Part shown: piece by piece, positions 51,083 through 62,257 of the stretch
How the letters are laid out: every line of letters begins with the position of its first letter
Position numbering within the stretch: the first letter of the stretch is position 1
From: an uncultured Candidatus Rokubacteria bacterium
Lineage (GTDB): Bacteria; Methylomirabilota; Methylomirabilia; Rokubacteriales; CSP1-6
Direction of reading: 5' to 3'
DNA length: 64,000 nucleotides
NCBI GenBank assembly: GCA_963762145.1
Contig: CAVXJS010000009.1
Location: 448,001-512,000 of the forward strand
Position numbers and translations under genes: made by a program
Notes under the pieces: generated by a model
Seen by the model: only the letters and a program-made list of their open reading frames with translations
Told to the model about the DNA's origin: nothing
The model's database searches: none

Positions 51083-52915
51083 ATGAAGTCCTCGGCACGC
51101 GCGCCGCACCCTCGGGTCGACCGCACGGTCGCCGTCTTCCTCGCCGCCTTCATCCCGGTCGCGGCCTACGTGGTGTTCCGGCTCCCCTTCCGCTTCCCCC
51201 CGGAAGGAATGATCGTCTCGCCCTCGCTCGTCTTTGGCTTCAACAACGCGGTGGCCATCGCGGGGGTGGTCATTCTCCTGGCCCTCGTCACCGTTTTTCA
51301 GCTCTGGCGGCGATCCGACGCTGCAAGGCGTCGGACTTTTGCTCCGTGGTTCTACGAGAACGAAGAGGTCGCGCCGCGGGATCGAATCCGGTGGAGAATC
51401 TTCGCGTTCATGACCGCCGCGCACATCGTGCTGACGGTCGTGATGTGGGTGATCGCCCGCACCTCGAACACCTGGCGAATCGACTTCGAGGCGTCGCACT
51501 TTCTCTGGCGCCTGCAGCTCATGGAGCTCTTCGGCGCCCGTCCCTACCTCGACTTCCAGCACGAATACGGCCCCGCCCTGCTCTACGTGCCCATCCTCGT
51601 GCATCGCGTCCTCGCGCCGGCGGGGCTCACGCTGGAGGCGGCCTACTATCTCTCGCACCTCGGCGCCAGCGTGCTCGGGATGGCAGCGATCGTCGTGCTG
51701 CTCGACCACACGCGCGTCCCGAGGGTGCGGAAGGAAGTGGTGTTCTGTCTCCTGGCCGCCGCCGGCCTCATGCCGTACATGGGGCTCAACGGCAATCTCG
51801 TGCGCTACCTTCCGCCGTATCTGAGCGTCCTCCTAGCGGCTCGGGTGCTCGGCGGGGCTCACGGCCGGGCCTGGACGGTGGCCGTCGTGTCGGCGCTCGG
51901 AGTGGTCAACATCCTGATCTCGCCAGAGATCGCCCTCGCCTTCGGCCTCGGCTGGGGCGCCTACTGCGTGTTCATCGGCTGGACCGATCGCGGGCGGGCA
52001 ATCCTGGGCCTCGCCGGGCTCGTGGTGGCGGGCGTCCTCGGGGCGGTGACCCTGCCGCCTCAGTATGCCGGAACCGTGTTCAGCTTCTCGGGCGGCGCCA
52101 ACAACTTCCCGCTCGTGCCGGCTGCCCACATCGTGTTCTACCTGACGACCCTCTTCGTGGTCGTGCCCACCCTGTTCGCGGACGCGCTGACGGGTCGAGG
52201 CCGCCCGCCCGCGCTCCTGTTCGCGATGGCCACCATCTGCGTGGTGATGATCCCCGGCGCCCTCAGCCGCGCCGATCCCCCTCACGTTCTCTTCTACGGC
52301 CTGGGTCTGTCGCTGCTGCTCCTCGTGCAGGCCGGGATGCGCTCCCGGTCGGCGTTCGCGCTCTGGGCGGTGGGCTACGCGGCCGTGGTCATCGGCGGCT
52401 CCCACGTGAGCAACGCGCGCGCATTCTACGGAGCGTCGCTGCAATCCCTCCTCCATCCCCGAAGCTTCGTCGTCGAATTCGTCCGCAGCCAGGAGCCGCC
52501 GATCACCGACGCGCAGCTGGATCGCCTCAAACAGTACCCGCCCCTGGGAGTGCCATTCTGCTCGTACGGCACCGACCGGCGGACCATGGAGCAGCTGTGG
52601 GCGCGGCGCCAGATCGATCCGGAATACTACTGCGGGATCATCGGGGTCTATTCAGAGGATCAGCTCGCCCGCAAGATCGCCGACACCACCCGGCACGAAT
52701 ATCTCCTCGTGCGCAAGGCCTTGCTGGGCCAGGTCGACACATGTTCCCGGCACGTTGCGACCATCCAGGAATCATTCATCTATCCGGGTCCGCTCTCGTG
52801 CAAGCGGGAAGCGATCGAGAGCGACCTCGCGGTGAACCGGGCCATCACCACCCACTATCGGGTCGCGGAAGAGCTCGGACCGTACGCGATCATGAGGCGC
52901 GCCGGCGGGTCCTGA
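51083..52915 (+). CDS. Multi-pass membrane protein, probable GT-C fold
   Basis: GARPYLDFQHEYGP (PY.DF..YGP), SPE, SRAD..H; many TMs. Start could be 51023. Confidence 0.7.
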   Translation: MKSSARAPHPRVDRTVAVFLAAFIPVAAYVVFRLPFRFPPEGMIVSPSLVFGFNNAVAIAGVVILLALVTVFQLWRRSDAARRRTFAPWFYENEEVAPRDRIRWRIFAFMTAAHIVLTVVMWVIARTSNTWRIDFEASHFLWRLQLMELFGARPYLDFQHEYGPALLYVPILVHRVLAPAGLTLEAAYYLSHLGASVLGMAAIVVLLDHTRVPRVRKEVVFCLLAAAGLMPYMGLNGNLVRYLPPYLSVLLAARVLGGAHGRAWTVAVVSALGVVNILISPEIALAFGLGWGAYCVFIGWTDRGRAILGLAGLVVAGVLGAVTLPPQYAGTVFSFSGGANNFPLVPAAHIVFYLTTLFVVVPTLFADALTGRGRPPALLFAMATICVVMIPGALSRADPPHVLFYGLGLSLLLLVQAGMRSRSAFALWAVGYAAVVIGGSHVSNARAFYGASLQSLLHPRSFVVEFVRSQEPPITDAQLDRLKQYPPLGVPFCSYGTDRRTMEQLWARRQIDPEYYCGIIGVYSEDQLARKIADTTRHEYLLVRKALLGQVDTCSRHVATIQESFIYPGPLSCKREAIESDLAVNRAITTHYRVAEELGPYAIMRRAGGS

Positions 52916-52928
52916 GGCCCCGGCCTCG

Positions 52929-53684
52929 CTACCGCATCCGGAGACCAAGGATCGAGGCCGCGACCGCGAGCGTCCGGCTCTCGTCGAGGCCAAAGCCCCG
53001 GTCATTGCCCTCCCACAGGTCGAGCGACATCGGGCCGCGCGGGGTCTGGAGCATCAACCGCCCGCCGTCCTCGGGGAGCCGCAGCCCCACGGCCCCCATC
53101 CGCGGGCTCGCGTCATTCACCGCGAAGAGCGTGGTGCCGTCGAGCGCCATCCGCGGTGCCGGGTGCGCCCCCGCCTCGGCGGGCACCGCGGCCAGCACGC
53201 GCCCGGACTCGTCGCGCAGCACGAGGCCGCCCAGCTTGAACCCGGCCCGCAGGTCCTGCAGCAGGCCGTCGAGGGGCCGGCCGCTCCGAGCGCGCTCCGC
53301 GAACCGGGCGAGCGTCGTCATCTCCCGGTCGGCACGGTCCGCGACGTCGGAGAGCCGCTCCCGCCGCCGGCCGAAGGCCGCCGCGATGAGCCCGCAGGCG
53401 GCCAGCGCGACGAACGCGATCACGTCGTCGGTCTTGCTGATCGAGAGCGTCAGGTAGGGCTCGGTCAGGAAGAAGTTCAGGCTCATCGCGGCGATCAGCG
53501 CGGTGACGAGCGCCGCACCGCGGCCGCCGAGCTCAGCCACGACGATCGTGAAGGCGATGAACACGAAAGCGAGATTGGACGCGGCCACCTGAGTGCGCAG
53601 CGGGATGAGGACGATAGCCAGCAACATGGAGCCCAGCGTCCCCGTCACCATCCAGATTCTGGCGTCGTCGGTCCGGCTCATCAT
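52929..53684 (-). CDS. Stand-alone DUF4118 (KdpD transmembrane domain) protein
   Basis: Four TMs with SNL, NFFLTEPYLTLSI like the KdpD TM domain; degenerate GAF-like tail; no kinase domain. Confidence 0.78.
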   Translation of the reverse strand: MMSRTDDARIWMVTGTLGSMLLAIVLIPLRTQVAASNLAFVFIAFTIVVAELGGRGAALVTALIAAMSLNFFLTEPYLTLSISKTDDVIAFVALAACGLIAAAFGRRRERLSDVADRADREMTTLARFAERARSGRPLDGLLQDLRAGFKLGGLVLRDESGRVLAAVPAEAGAHPAPRMALDGTTLFAVNDASPRMGAVGLRLPEDGGRLMLQTPRGPMSLDLWEGNDRGFGLDESRTLAVAASILGLRMR

Positions 53685-53794
53685 CGATCACGCCTCCTCA
53701 TCGGCGATCGACAAACAGGTTGAGGGCAAGACCGCGAGTCCTAGAAGAACGAGTACAGGTCATTTTCAATCATTGCCCCCTCCGGTTGGCTGCG

Positions 53795-54365
53795 TTACCG
53801 GCCGTCGAGCGCGAGGTTCAAGGCAAGCACGTTGACGCGAGGCTCCCCGAGGAGGCCGAGGAAGCGTCCCTCCGTATGCTGGTCAACGAGGGCGCGCACC
53901 GCATCCGGCGCGAGCTTGCGTTCCCGCGCGACGCGAGGCACCTGATAGAGCGCCGCGGCCGGGCTGATGTGGGGATCGAGGCCGCTGCCGGACGCGGTCA
54001 CGAGATCCACCGGCACCGCCGCCTTGTTGCTCGGGTCCGCGGTTCGCAATGCCTCCACCCGTCCCTCGACCGCGGTGATCAGCGCCGGATTCGTCGGGCT
54101 CAGGTTCGAGCCGGACGAGGCCGCGGCATTGTTGGGGAACGGACTCGTGCGCCGAGGGACGGCTCCAGAAGTACTTGGGATCGTCGAAGGGCTGCCCGAT
54201 GAGCGCCGAGCCCACCACCTTGCCGTCCTTCACGATCAGGCTGCCGTTTGCCTGGAAGGGAAACACCATCTGGGCGATGCCGGTCACCACCAGCGGATAG
54301 ACGACGCCGGTGATCACGGTGAGGATCAACAGGGACATCAGAGCCGGTCTCAGGTGCGTCGCCAT
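53795..54365 (-). CDS. kdpC: K+-transporting ATPase subunit C, frameshift near 54150
   Basis: [50 protein letters not shown]. Confidence 0.95.
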
Positions 54366-54379
54366 GGTGATCCCTCCAC

Positions 54380-56461
54380 TCACACGAGCTTCAGGGCAAC
54401 CAGGATCATGTCGATGATCTTGATACCGGGGAACGGGATGATGAGCCCCCCGACGCCGTAGATCCACAGGTGACGGCGCAGCAGGGCGGCCGCGCCGACC
54501 GAGCGATACTGCACGCCCTTCAGCGCCAGGGGGATCAGGGCGATGATGATGAGCGCGTTGAAGATGACCGCGGAGAGGATCGCGCTCTCCGGGGTGGCCA
54601 GCCCCATGATGTTGAGCGTTGCCAGCGCCGGGATAGGTGGTGGCGAAGGCGGCCGGGATGATCGCGAAGTACTTGGCCACGTCGTTGGCGATGCTGAAGG
54701 TGGTGAGCGCGCCCCGGGTCATCAGCATCTGCTTGCCGGTCTCGACCACCTCGAGCAGCTTGGTCGGGTTGGAGTCGAGATCGATCATGTTGCCCGCTTC
54801 CTTGGCGGCCTGGGTGCCGGTGTTCATGGCCACCGCCACGTCGGCCTGGGCGAGCGCGGGCGCGTCGTTGGTGCCGTCGCCGGTCATCGCGACCAGCCGG
54901 CCCTGCGCCCTGGAGGTCGCGGATCAGCTTGAGCTTGGCCTCCGGGGTGGCCTGGGCGAGGAAGTCGTCCACCCCCGCCTCCGCGCTGATCGCGGCCGCG
55001 GTGAGCGGGTTGTCACCCGTGATCATGATGGTCTTGATGCCCATGCGGCGGAGCTGGGCGAACCGCTCCCGGATGCCGCCCTTGACGATGTCCTTGAGCT
55101 GGATCGCCCCGAGCACGGTGGCTCCGTCGCAGACCACGAGCGGCGTCGCGCCCGCCTTGGCGATCGTGTCCACCGCCAGCCGCACCTCCGCGGGATAGCG
55201 GCCGCCGAGCTTGCCGACATGCGCCTCGATGGCATCGGCCGCGCCCTTGCGGACCTGCCGGCCGTTGAGGTTCACCCCGCTCATGCGGGTCTGGGCCGTG
55301 AAGGCCACGAAGGTCGCGCCCAGCTTCTCGATCTCGCGCTCGCGGATCTGGTACTTCTCCTTGGCCAGGATGACGATGCTGCGGCCCTCCGGGGTCTCGT
55401 CGGCGAGCGAGGCGAGCTGGGCCGCGTCGGCCAGGGTCGCTTCCGTCACGCCCGCGGCCGGGAAGAAGGCGGTGGCCTGCCGGTTGCCGAGCGTGATCGT
55501 GCCGGTCTTGTCGAGCAGCAGGACGTCCACGTCGCCCGCCGCCTCGACCGCCCGGCCCGACATGGCGATGACGTTCTTCTGGATCATGCGGTCCATGCCG
55601 GCGATGCCGATGGCGGACAGCAAGTGCGCCGATCGTGGTCGGGATCAGGCACACGAGCAGCGCCACCAGGACCGTCACCGTGACCGGGGTGCCCTGGCCG
55701 GCCGCCGCGACACTGTAGAGGGAGAACGGTAGCAGGGTGGCGGTGGCCAGCAGGAAGACGATGGTGAGCGCGGCGAGCAGGATATCCAGCGCGATCTCGT
55801 TGGGGGTCTTCTGCCGCTTCGCGCCCTCGACCAGCGCGATCATGCGGTCCAGGAACGCCTCGCCGGGGTTGGCGGTGACCTCGACGATGATCCAGTCGGA
55901 CAGCACCTGCGTGCCGCCGGTGACCGAGCTGCGGTCGCCACCGGCTCTCACGGATCACGGGCGCGCTCTCACCGGTGATCGCGGCCTCGTTCACCGAGGC
56001 GATACCCTCGACGACCGTCCCGTCGGCCGGGATGAAGTCGTCCGGCCTCGACCAGCACCAGATCGCCCTTGCGCAGGGCCGAGGCCGAGACCGCCTCGTA
56101 CCCCTCCGTCCGGTCCGGACGCGACAGCCGCTTGGCCTGTAGGTCGCGGCGCGCCTTGCGCAGCGACGCGGCCTGGGCCTTGCCTCGGCCTTCGGCCATG
56201 GCCTCGGCGAAGTTGGCGAAGAGCACGGTGAACCAGAGCCAGACCGAGACCCAGAAGATGAACCAGCCCGGCGCCTCGCCCTTTCCGACCAGCGCCTGGA
56301 ACCAGAGGAGGGTCGTGAGGATGGAGCCGACGTAGACGACGAACATCACCGGGTTCCGCACCTGGCGCTTGAACGTCGAGCTTCCGGAACGAATCGACGA
56401 TCGCCTGCTTGACGATGCCGGCGTCGAAGAGCGAGCGCGAGCGGGCCACCGTGCTAGCCAT
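54380..56461 (-). CDS. kdpB: K+-transporting P-type ATPase subunit B, several frameshifts
   Basis: [31 protein letters not shown], across shifted frames. Confidence 0.95.
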
Positions 56462-56471
56462 GTGTCAGCTC

Positions 56472-58278
56472 CTACTTCGCCTGCGATCAAGGTGAGGTGC
56501 TCGACGATCGGGCCCAGGGCCAGGGCCGGCACGAACGTCAGGGCGCCGACGAGCACCACCACGCTGATCAGCAGGACGACGAACAGCGGCGTGTGGGTCG
56601 CGAGCGTCCCCGGCCCCGAGGGGACGATCTTCTTCCGGGCCAGCGAGCCCGCGATCGCCAGGACCGGAACCGCCAGCCAGTACCGGCCGAACAGCATGGC
56701 CAGCCCGAGTGCGGTGTTGTAGAACGGCGTGTTGGCGGAGAGCCCGGCGAAGGCGCTGCCATTGTTGTTGGACGCCGAGGAGAAGGCGTAGAGGATCTCG
56801 CTGAACCCGTGGATACCCGGGTTGAGAATGCCCGCCTTCCCGGACGCGGTGACCACCGCGATCGATGTGCCGATCAGCACGAGGGCCGGCGTGATCAGGA
56901 TGACCAGCGACGACATCTTCATCTCGTAGGCCTCGATCTTCTTGCCGAGGTACTCGGGGGTGCGGCCCACCATCAGACCCGCCACGAAGACCGCGACGAT
57001 GGCGAACATGAGCATGCCGTAGAGGCCCGAGCCCACCCCGCCGTAGACGACCTCGCCGAGCTGCATGAGCCACATGGGCACGAGCCCGCCGAGCGGCGTG
57101 TACGAGTCATGCATGGAGTTGACCGAGCCGTTGGAGGCCGACGTGGTGGCGGTGGCCCAGAGGGCCGAGTTGGCGATGCCGAAACGAATCTCCTTTCCCT
57201 CCATGTTGCCGCCCGACTGCAGCACGCCCGCCGTGTGATCCGCCCCCTGCTTGACGAGGACCGCCCCGTTCTGCTCGGCCACGTAACAGACCGCCAGCAG
57301 CGCCACGAACATGACGGTCATGGCCGCGATCAGCGTCCAGCCCTGGCGGGTGTCCCCGACCATGACGCCAAACGTGTGGCAGAGCGCCGCGGCGATGAGG
57401 AGGATCGACAAAACCTCGAGGAAGTTCGCGAGCGGCGTGGGGTTCTCCAGAGGATGGGCGGAGTTGGCGTTGAAGAAGCCGCCGCCGTTGGTCCCGAGCT
57501 GCTTGATCGCGATCTGCGAGGCGGCCGGGCCCACCGCGATGACCTGCTCGGTCAGCGTGGACTTCTTCATCTTGGGCTGGCCCTTCTCGTCGAGCACGGG
57601 TTTGCCGTCCTTGTCCGTCTCGGGCTCCTCGTACTGGGTCGGCTGGACCACGGTGGCCTTGGCGTAGGGGCCGAATGTCTGGACGACTCCCTGGGATACC
57701 AGGGCCAGGGCGAGCACGAACGAGAGCGGGAGCAGGATGTAGAGCGTCCCCCGGGTCAGGTCGACCCAGAAGTTGCCGATGGTCTCCGATGAGCGCCGCG
57801 CGAAGCCGCGGATCAGCGCGACCAGAGTGGCCATGCCCGAGGCCGCCGACACGAAATTCTGCACCGTGAGGGCGAGCATCTGGGTCAGGTAGCTCATGGT
57901 GCTCTCGCCGCCATAGCCCTGCCAGTTCGTGTTCGAGGCGAAGCTCACCGCGGTGTTGAAGGCGGAATCTGCGGAGACCGCGCCCATGCCCTGCGGATTG
58001 AAGGGCAGAACCCCCTGGACGCGCTGAAGCAGGTACACCGCGAGCAAGCCGAGCAGATTGAAGGACAGCATGGCCGACGCGTACGACTTCCAGCCCATCT
58101 CCGCATTCGGCCACACTCCGCCCGCGCGATAGATGAGGCGCTCGAGCCAGCCGAGGACGCGGTCGAGGGCGATGCGGCGGCCCTCGTAGACGCGAGCCAT
58201 GTATGCCCCGAGCGGCTTCGCCAGGGCGAGCAGCACCACCACGTAGAGGACGAGCTGGAAGATCCCGTTCGCAGTCAT
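56472..58278 (-). CDS. kdpA: K+-transporting ATPase subunit A
   Basis: [36 protein letters not shown]; true stop probably TAG at 56472 after a 1-nt indel. Confidence 0.96.
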
Positions 58279-58367
58279 TGAAAGAGCTCCGGCTTCAGCA
58301 AGGCCATTGCCAGGTAGACCAGAAGTCCCAGGGAGACCACCGCGCCGACGACATAGAGCAAGGGCAT
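58275..58367 (-). CDS. kdpF: K+-transporting ATPase subunit F (30 aa)
   Basis: [30 protein letters not shown]; AGGAGG RBS; stop overlaps the kdpA ATG. Confidence 0.93.
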   Translation of the reverse strand: MPLLYVVGAVVSLGLLVYLAMALLKPELFQ

Positions 58368-58376
58368 GGAAACCTC

Positions 58377-58460
58377 CTACAGCCGCTCACAGAGCCCGAC
58401 CAGGAGCCACGACAGCCAAAAGAACACGAGGGTCACGCCGAGGAACAGGATGTCCGCCAT
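58377..58460 (-). CDS. Second small hydrophobic Kdp peptide (27 aa, KdpZ-like)
   Basis: [27 protein letters not shown] with AAGGAG RBS; first ORF of the operon. Confidence 0.8.
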   Translation of the reverse strand: MADILFLGVTLVFFWLSWLLVGLCERL

Positions 58461-58563
58461 CACACGCTCTCCTTCTTGCAATCTCGGTCATCGCGCCGAA
58501 CCTTCCGAACTCGAATCCTAGCCGGGCTGCCCTCAGAGGGGTCTCAAGAACGGGCCCTGCCGT

Positions 58564-58658
58564 GTCAAGAAGACGTCAAGAGCCGGCGAAGCGAGGCGGT
58601 TTGCGCAAGAAATCGAAAAACAGCCTGCCCGCCCGGCGGATTTTGACGTCTTCTTGAT
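58564..58658. promoter_or_regulatory. Two inverted putative KdpE-binding boxes
   Basis: TCAAGAAGACGTCAA (58565-58579) and its exact reverse complement (58643-58657); each has TCAA half-sites spaced 11 bp. Confidence 0.72.
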
Positions 58659-58733
58659 GTGCCGCCGGTATCTACTGGGCGTGGTGGTTGAATCGCGTGG
58701 TTCTTCCGGCGTAGGCTGGCGCCGGGCCGATTG

Positions 58734-61431
58734 ATGAGCACCGAGCGTCGCCCGGATCCCGACGAGCTGCTGGCCCGTGTCAAGGAGGCGGAAACTCGCC
58801 AGGCACGCGGCAAGCTCAAGATCTTCTTCGGGGCGGCCGCCGGCGTCGGCAAGACCTACGCGATGCTCGAAGCGGCCCGCGAGCAGCGGGCGCAGGGCGT
58901 GGACGTGGTCGTGGGCTGGGTCGACACCCACGGCCGCGCGGAGACGGAGGCCCTCCTGGGCGGCCTGGAGATCCTGGTTCGCCGCCCGCTCGAGTACCAC
59001 GGCACCACGATCCGAGGAGTTCGATCTCGACGCCGCCCTGGCACGCCGGCCCGCCCTGATGCTGGTCGACGAGCTGGCCCATACCAACGCGCCCGGCTCG
59101 CGTCACGCCAAGCGCTGGCAGGACGTGCTCGAGCTGCTCGACGCGGGCATCAACGTCTACACCGCGATGAACGTGCAGCACGTCGAGAGCCTCAACGACG
59201 TGGTGGCCGAGATCACCGGCGTGATCGTGCGCGAGACCGTGCCGGACTCCATCTTCGAGCACACCGACGAGGTCGAGCTGATCGACCTGCCCCCCGACGA
59301 TCTGCTCCATCGCCTGCGGGATGGCAAGATCTACGTCCCCGATCAGGCGCGCGAGGCGGCCGAGAACTTCTTCCGCAAGGGCAACCTGATCGCCCTGCGC
59401 GAGCTGGCCCTGCGGGTGACCGCGCAGCACGTGGACGCCGAGATGCGCCACTACATGCGCGACCACGCGATCCAGCGGACCTGGCCGGTGCGCGAGCGGC
59501 TGCTGGTCTGCATCGGGCCAAGCCCGTCCTCGATCCGCCTGGTGCGCGCGGCGAAGCGCATGGCGGAAGGGCTCGGGGCGGAGTGGATCGTCGCCTACGT
59601 CGAGACGCCGGCCCAGACCCGTCTGTCGCAGGACGCCCGCGATCGGGTCGCCCAGACCATGCGGCTGGCCGAGCAGCTCGGGGCGGAGACGCACACCCTG
59701 ACCGGGGCGCGGATGAGCGACGAGATCCTGGCCTTCGCGCGCGCGCGCAACGTGAGCAAGATCGTGGTGGGCAAGCCCGAGCGGCCGCTGTGGAGGCGGA
59801 TCGCGGCGGGCTCGATCGTGGACGCGCTCGTGCAGGGCAGCGGCGAGATCGACGTGTACGTGATCAGCGGCGATCGCGACGAGCCGCGACCGCTGCCGCC
59901 TCGCGCGTGGCAACCGCAGACGGAGTGGGCGCCCTACGGCGCCGCCCTGGTCGCGGTCGCGATCGCGACCGCGATCGCGTGGGCGATGTTCCCGTACTTC
60001 GCGGTCTCCAACCTGATCATGGTCTACCTGCTCGGGGTGATCATCGTGGCCACCCGCTACGGCCGGGGCGCGCTCCCTGCTCGCCTCGATCCTGAGCGTG
60101 GCCGCCTTCGACTTCTTCTTCGTGCCGCCCTACTTCACCTTCGCGGTCTCGGACACCCAGTACCTCGTCACCTTCGCGGTCATGCTGGTGGTGGCCCTCG
60201 TGATCAGCAGCCTCGCCGTGCGCATCCGCGCCCAGGCCGAGTCGGCGCGGGAGCGCGAGCGGCGCATGGCCTCGCTCTACGCGATGAGCCGCGAGCTGGC
60301 CAGCGCGCGCAGCGTCGGCGCGCTCCGCGAGGCGGCGGTGCGGCACATCGCGGAGGTGTTCGGCAGCCGGGTGGTCGTGCTGCTCCCGCAGCCGGACGGC
60401 CGTCTCGCCCCGGACGAGGGGGACGCCGCGCACTTCCCGCTGGACGCGAGCGAGCTGGCGGTCGGCCAGTGGGTCTACGAGCACGGGCAGGTCGCCGGGC
60501 AGGGCACCGACACGCTCCCCGGCGCCTCCGGGCTCTACCTGCCGCTCACTCGGCTCGCGCGGCGGCGTGGGCGTGCTCGGGGTCCGGCCCGTGGACCCGC
60601 GCGCCGCTGCAGGCGCCGGAGCAGCTTCACCAGCTCGAGGCCTTCGCCAGCCAGACCGCGCTGGCCATCGAGCGCGCCCAGCTCGCCGAGGAAGCGGAGC
60701 GGGCGCAGGTGCGCGCCGAGACCGAGCGGCTGCGCAACTCGCTGCTGAGCTCGGTCTCGCACGACCTCCGCACGCCGCTGGCCTCGATCACGGGCGCCGC
60801 CAGCACCCTGCTCGAGAACGAGACGCACCTCGACGCCGGCACCCGCCGCGACCTGCTCGAGTCCCTGCACGAGGAGGCCGACCGGCTGAACCGCCTCGTG
60901 CAGAACCTCCTGGAGATGACGCGCCTCGAATCGGGCACGCTGCAGCTCCACACCGAGTGGCATCCGGTCGAGGAGGTGGTGGGGGCCGCGCTCGGCCGCT
61001 TCGGCAAGGCGCTCGCGCGGCGTGCGGTCACCACCCGCGTCCCCGCCGACCTGCCGCTCGTGCCGATGGACGACGTGCTGATCGAGCAGGTGCTGATCAA
61101 TCTCCTCGACAACGCGCTCAAGTACACGCCGGCGGAAAGCCCGATCGAGGTGAGCGCGGAGGACGGCGGCGGCGCGGTGCTGATCGAGGTGGCCGATCGC
61201 GGGCCGGGGCTCCCGGCGGGCGAGGAGCGGCGCATCTTCGAGAAATTCCACCGCGCCGAGACCGCCCCGAGCCAGCGCGGCGCCGGGCTCGGCCTCGCGA
61301 TCTGCCGGGGCATCGTCCACGCGCACGGCGGGCGGATCTGGGCCGAGAACCGTCCCGGCGGCGGCGTCAGCGTCCGCTTCACGCTGCCGGTCAAGGAGGC
61401 CCCGCCGATCCTGAACGAGGCCGATGGCTGA
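58734..61431 (+). CDS. kdpD: Sensor histidine kinase KdpD, several frameshifts
   Basis: GAAAGVGKT, VDELAHTN, KRWQD, NVQH.ESLND, Usp domain, 4 TM, GAF, SHDLRTPL, GLGLAIC. Confidence 0.95.
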
Positions 61432-62143
61432 GCCCGGCGCGGGCACGCCCCCCCCGGCCCCCCCACCGGTGATCGTCCTCATCGAGGACGAGCCCCAGAT
61501 CCGGCGATTCCTGCGCGCCACCCTCGGAGCTCAGGGCTACCGCCTGCACGAGGCCGCCACGGGCGAGGACGGGCTGATCGAGGCCGCCGCGCGCCAGCCC
61601 GACGTGGTCATCCTCGACCTGGGGCTGCCGGATCTCGACGGGCTGCAGGTGATCCGCCGGCTGCGCGACTGGAGCCGCGTACCGATCATCGTGCTCTCGG
61701 CCCGCGGCCAGGAGCGGGACAAGGTCGCAGCGCTCGACGCCGGCGCCGACGACTACGTCAGCAAGCCATTCGCGGTGGGCGAGCTGCTGGCGCGCCTGCG
61801 GGTGGCGCTGCGCCACGCGGCCGGCGGCGAGTCGGGGGAGCCCACCTTCACGGTGGGCGGCCTCCGGGTGGACCAGGTCAAGCGCCAGGTCCAGCTCGAC
61901 GGCAACGACGTCCACCTGACCCCGATCGAGTACCGGCTGCTGACCTGCCTGGTCAAGCACGCCGGCCGGGTCCTGAGCCAGCGCCACCTATTAAAGGAGG
62001 TGTGGGGCCCCGCGCATACCGACCAGGCCCACTATCTCCGCGTCTACATGGGGGCCCTGCGCCGCAAGCTCGAGCGGGACCCCGCCCGCCCCCGCTACCT
62101 GCTGACCGAGCCCGGTGTCGGGTACCGCCTGGCCGCCGAGTAG
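61424..62143 (+). CDS. kdpE: Response regulator KdpE
   Basis: IEDE, DLGLPD, GADDY.KPF, YLRVYMG.LRRKLE, TEPGVGYRL. Confidence 0.95.
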   Translation: MAEPGAGTPPPAPPPVIVLIEDEPQIRRFLRATLGAQGYRLHEAATGEDGLIEAAARQPDVVILDLGLPDLDGLQVIRRLRDWSRVPIIVLSARGQERDKVAALDAGADDYVSKPFAVGELLARLRVALRHAAGGESGEPTFTVGGLRVDQVKRQVQLDGNDVHLTPIEYRLLTCLVKHAGRVLSQRHLLKEVWGPAHTDQAHYLRVYMGALRRKLERDPARPRYLLTEPGVGYRLAAE

Positions 62144-62163
62144 TCCCGGAACCCTCCGAAAAC

Positions 62164-62207
62164 TTGACAGCATCTATATAGTGTCTTAGTGTTCTAGGAC
62201 ACTATAT
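62164..62207 (+). promoter_or_regulatory. Sigma70 promoter overlapped by a GntR/YtrA-type palindromic operator
   Basis: TTGACA-N17-TAGTGT; ATATAGTGTCTTAG-TGTT-CTAGGACACTATAT (14-bp arms, 1 mismatch). Confidence 0.8.
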
Positions 62208-62257
62208 CTTTAACGGCGAGTTCGGCTTCGAATTGTCCTAGGGACAGTTGGCCGGGA

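Noticed and set aside
55969-58278. KdpA-KdpB fusion
   Set aside because: A 1-nt indel before the TAG at 56472 explains it; kdpB has its own AGGAG RBS and ATG.
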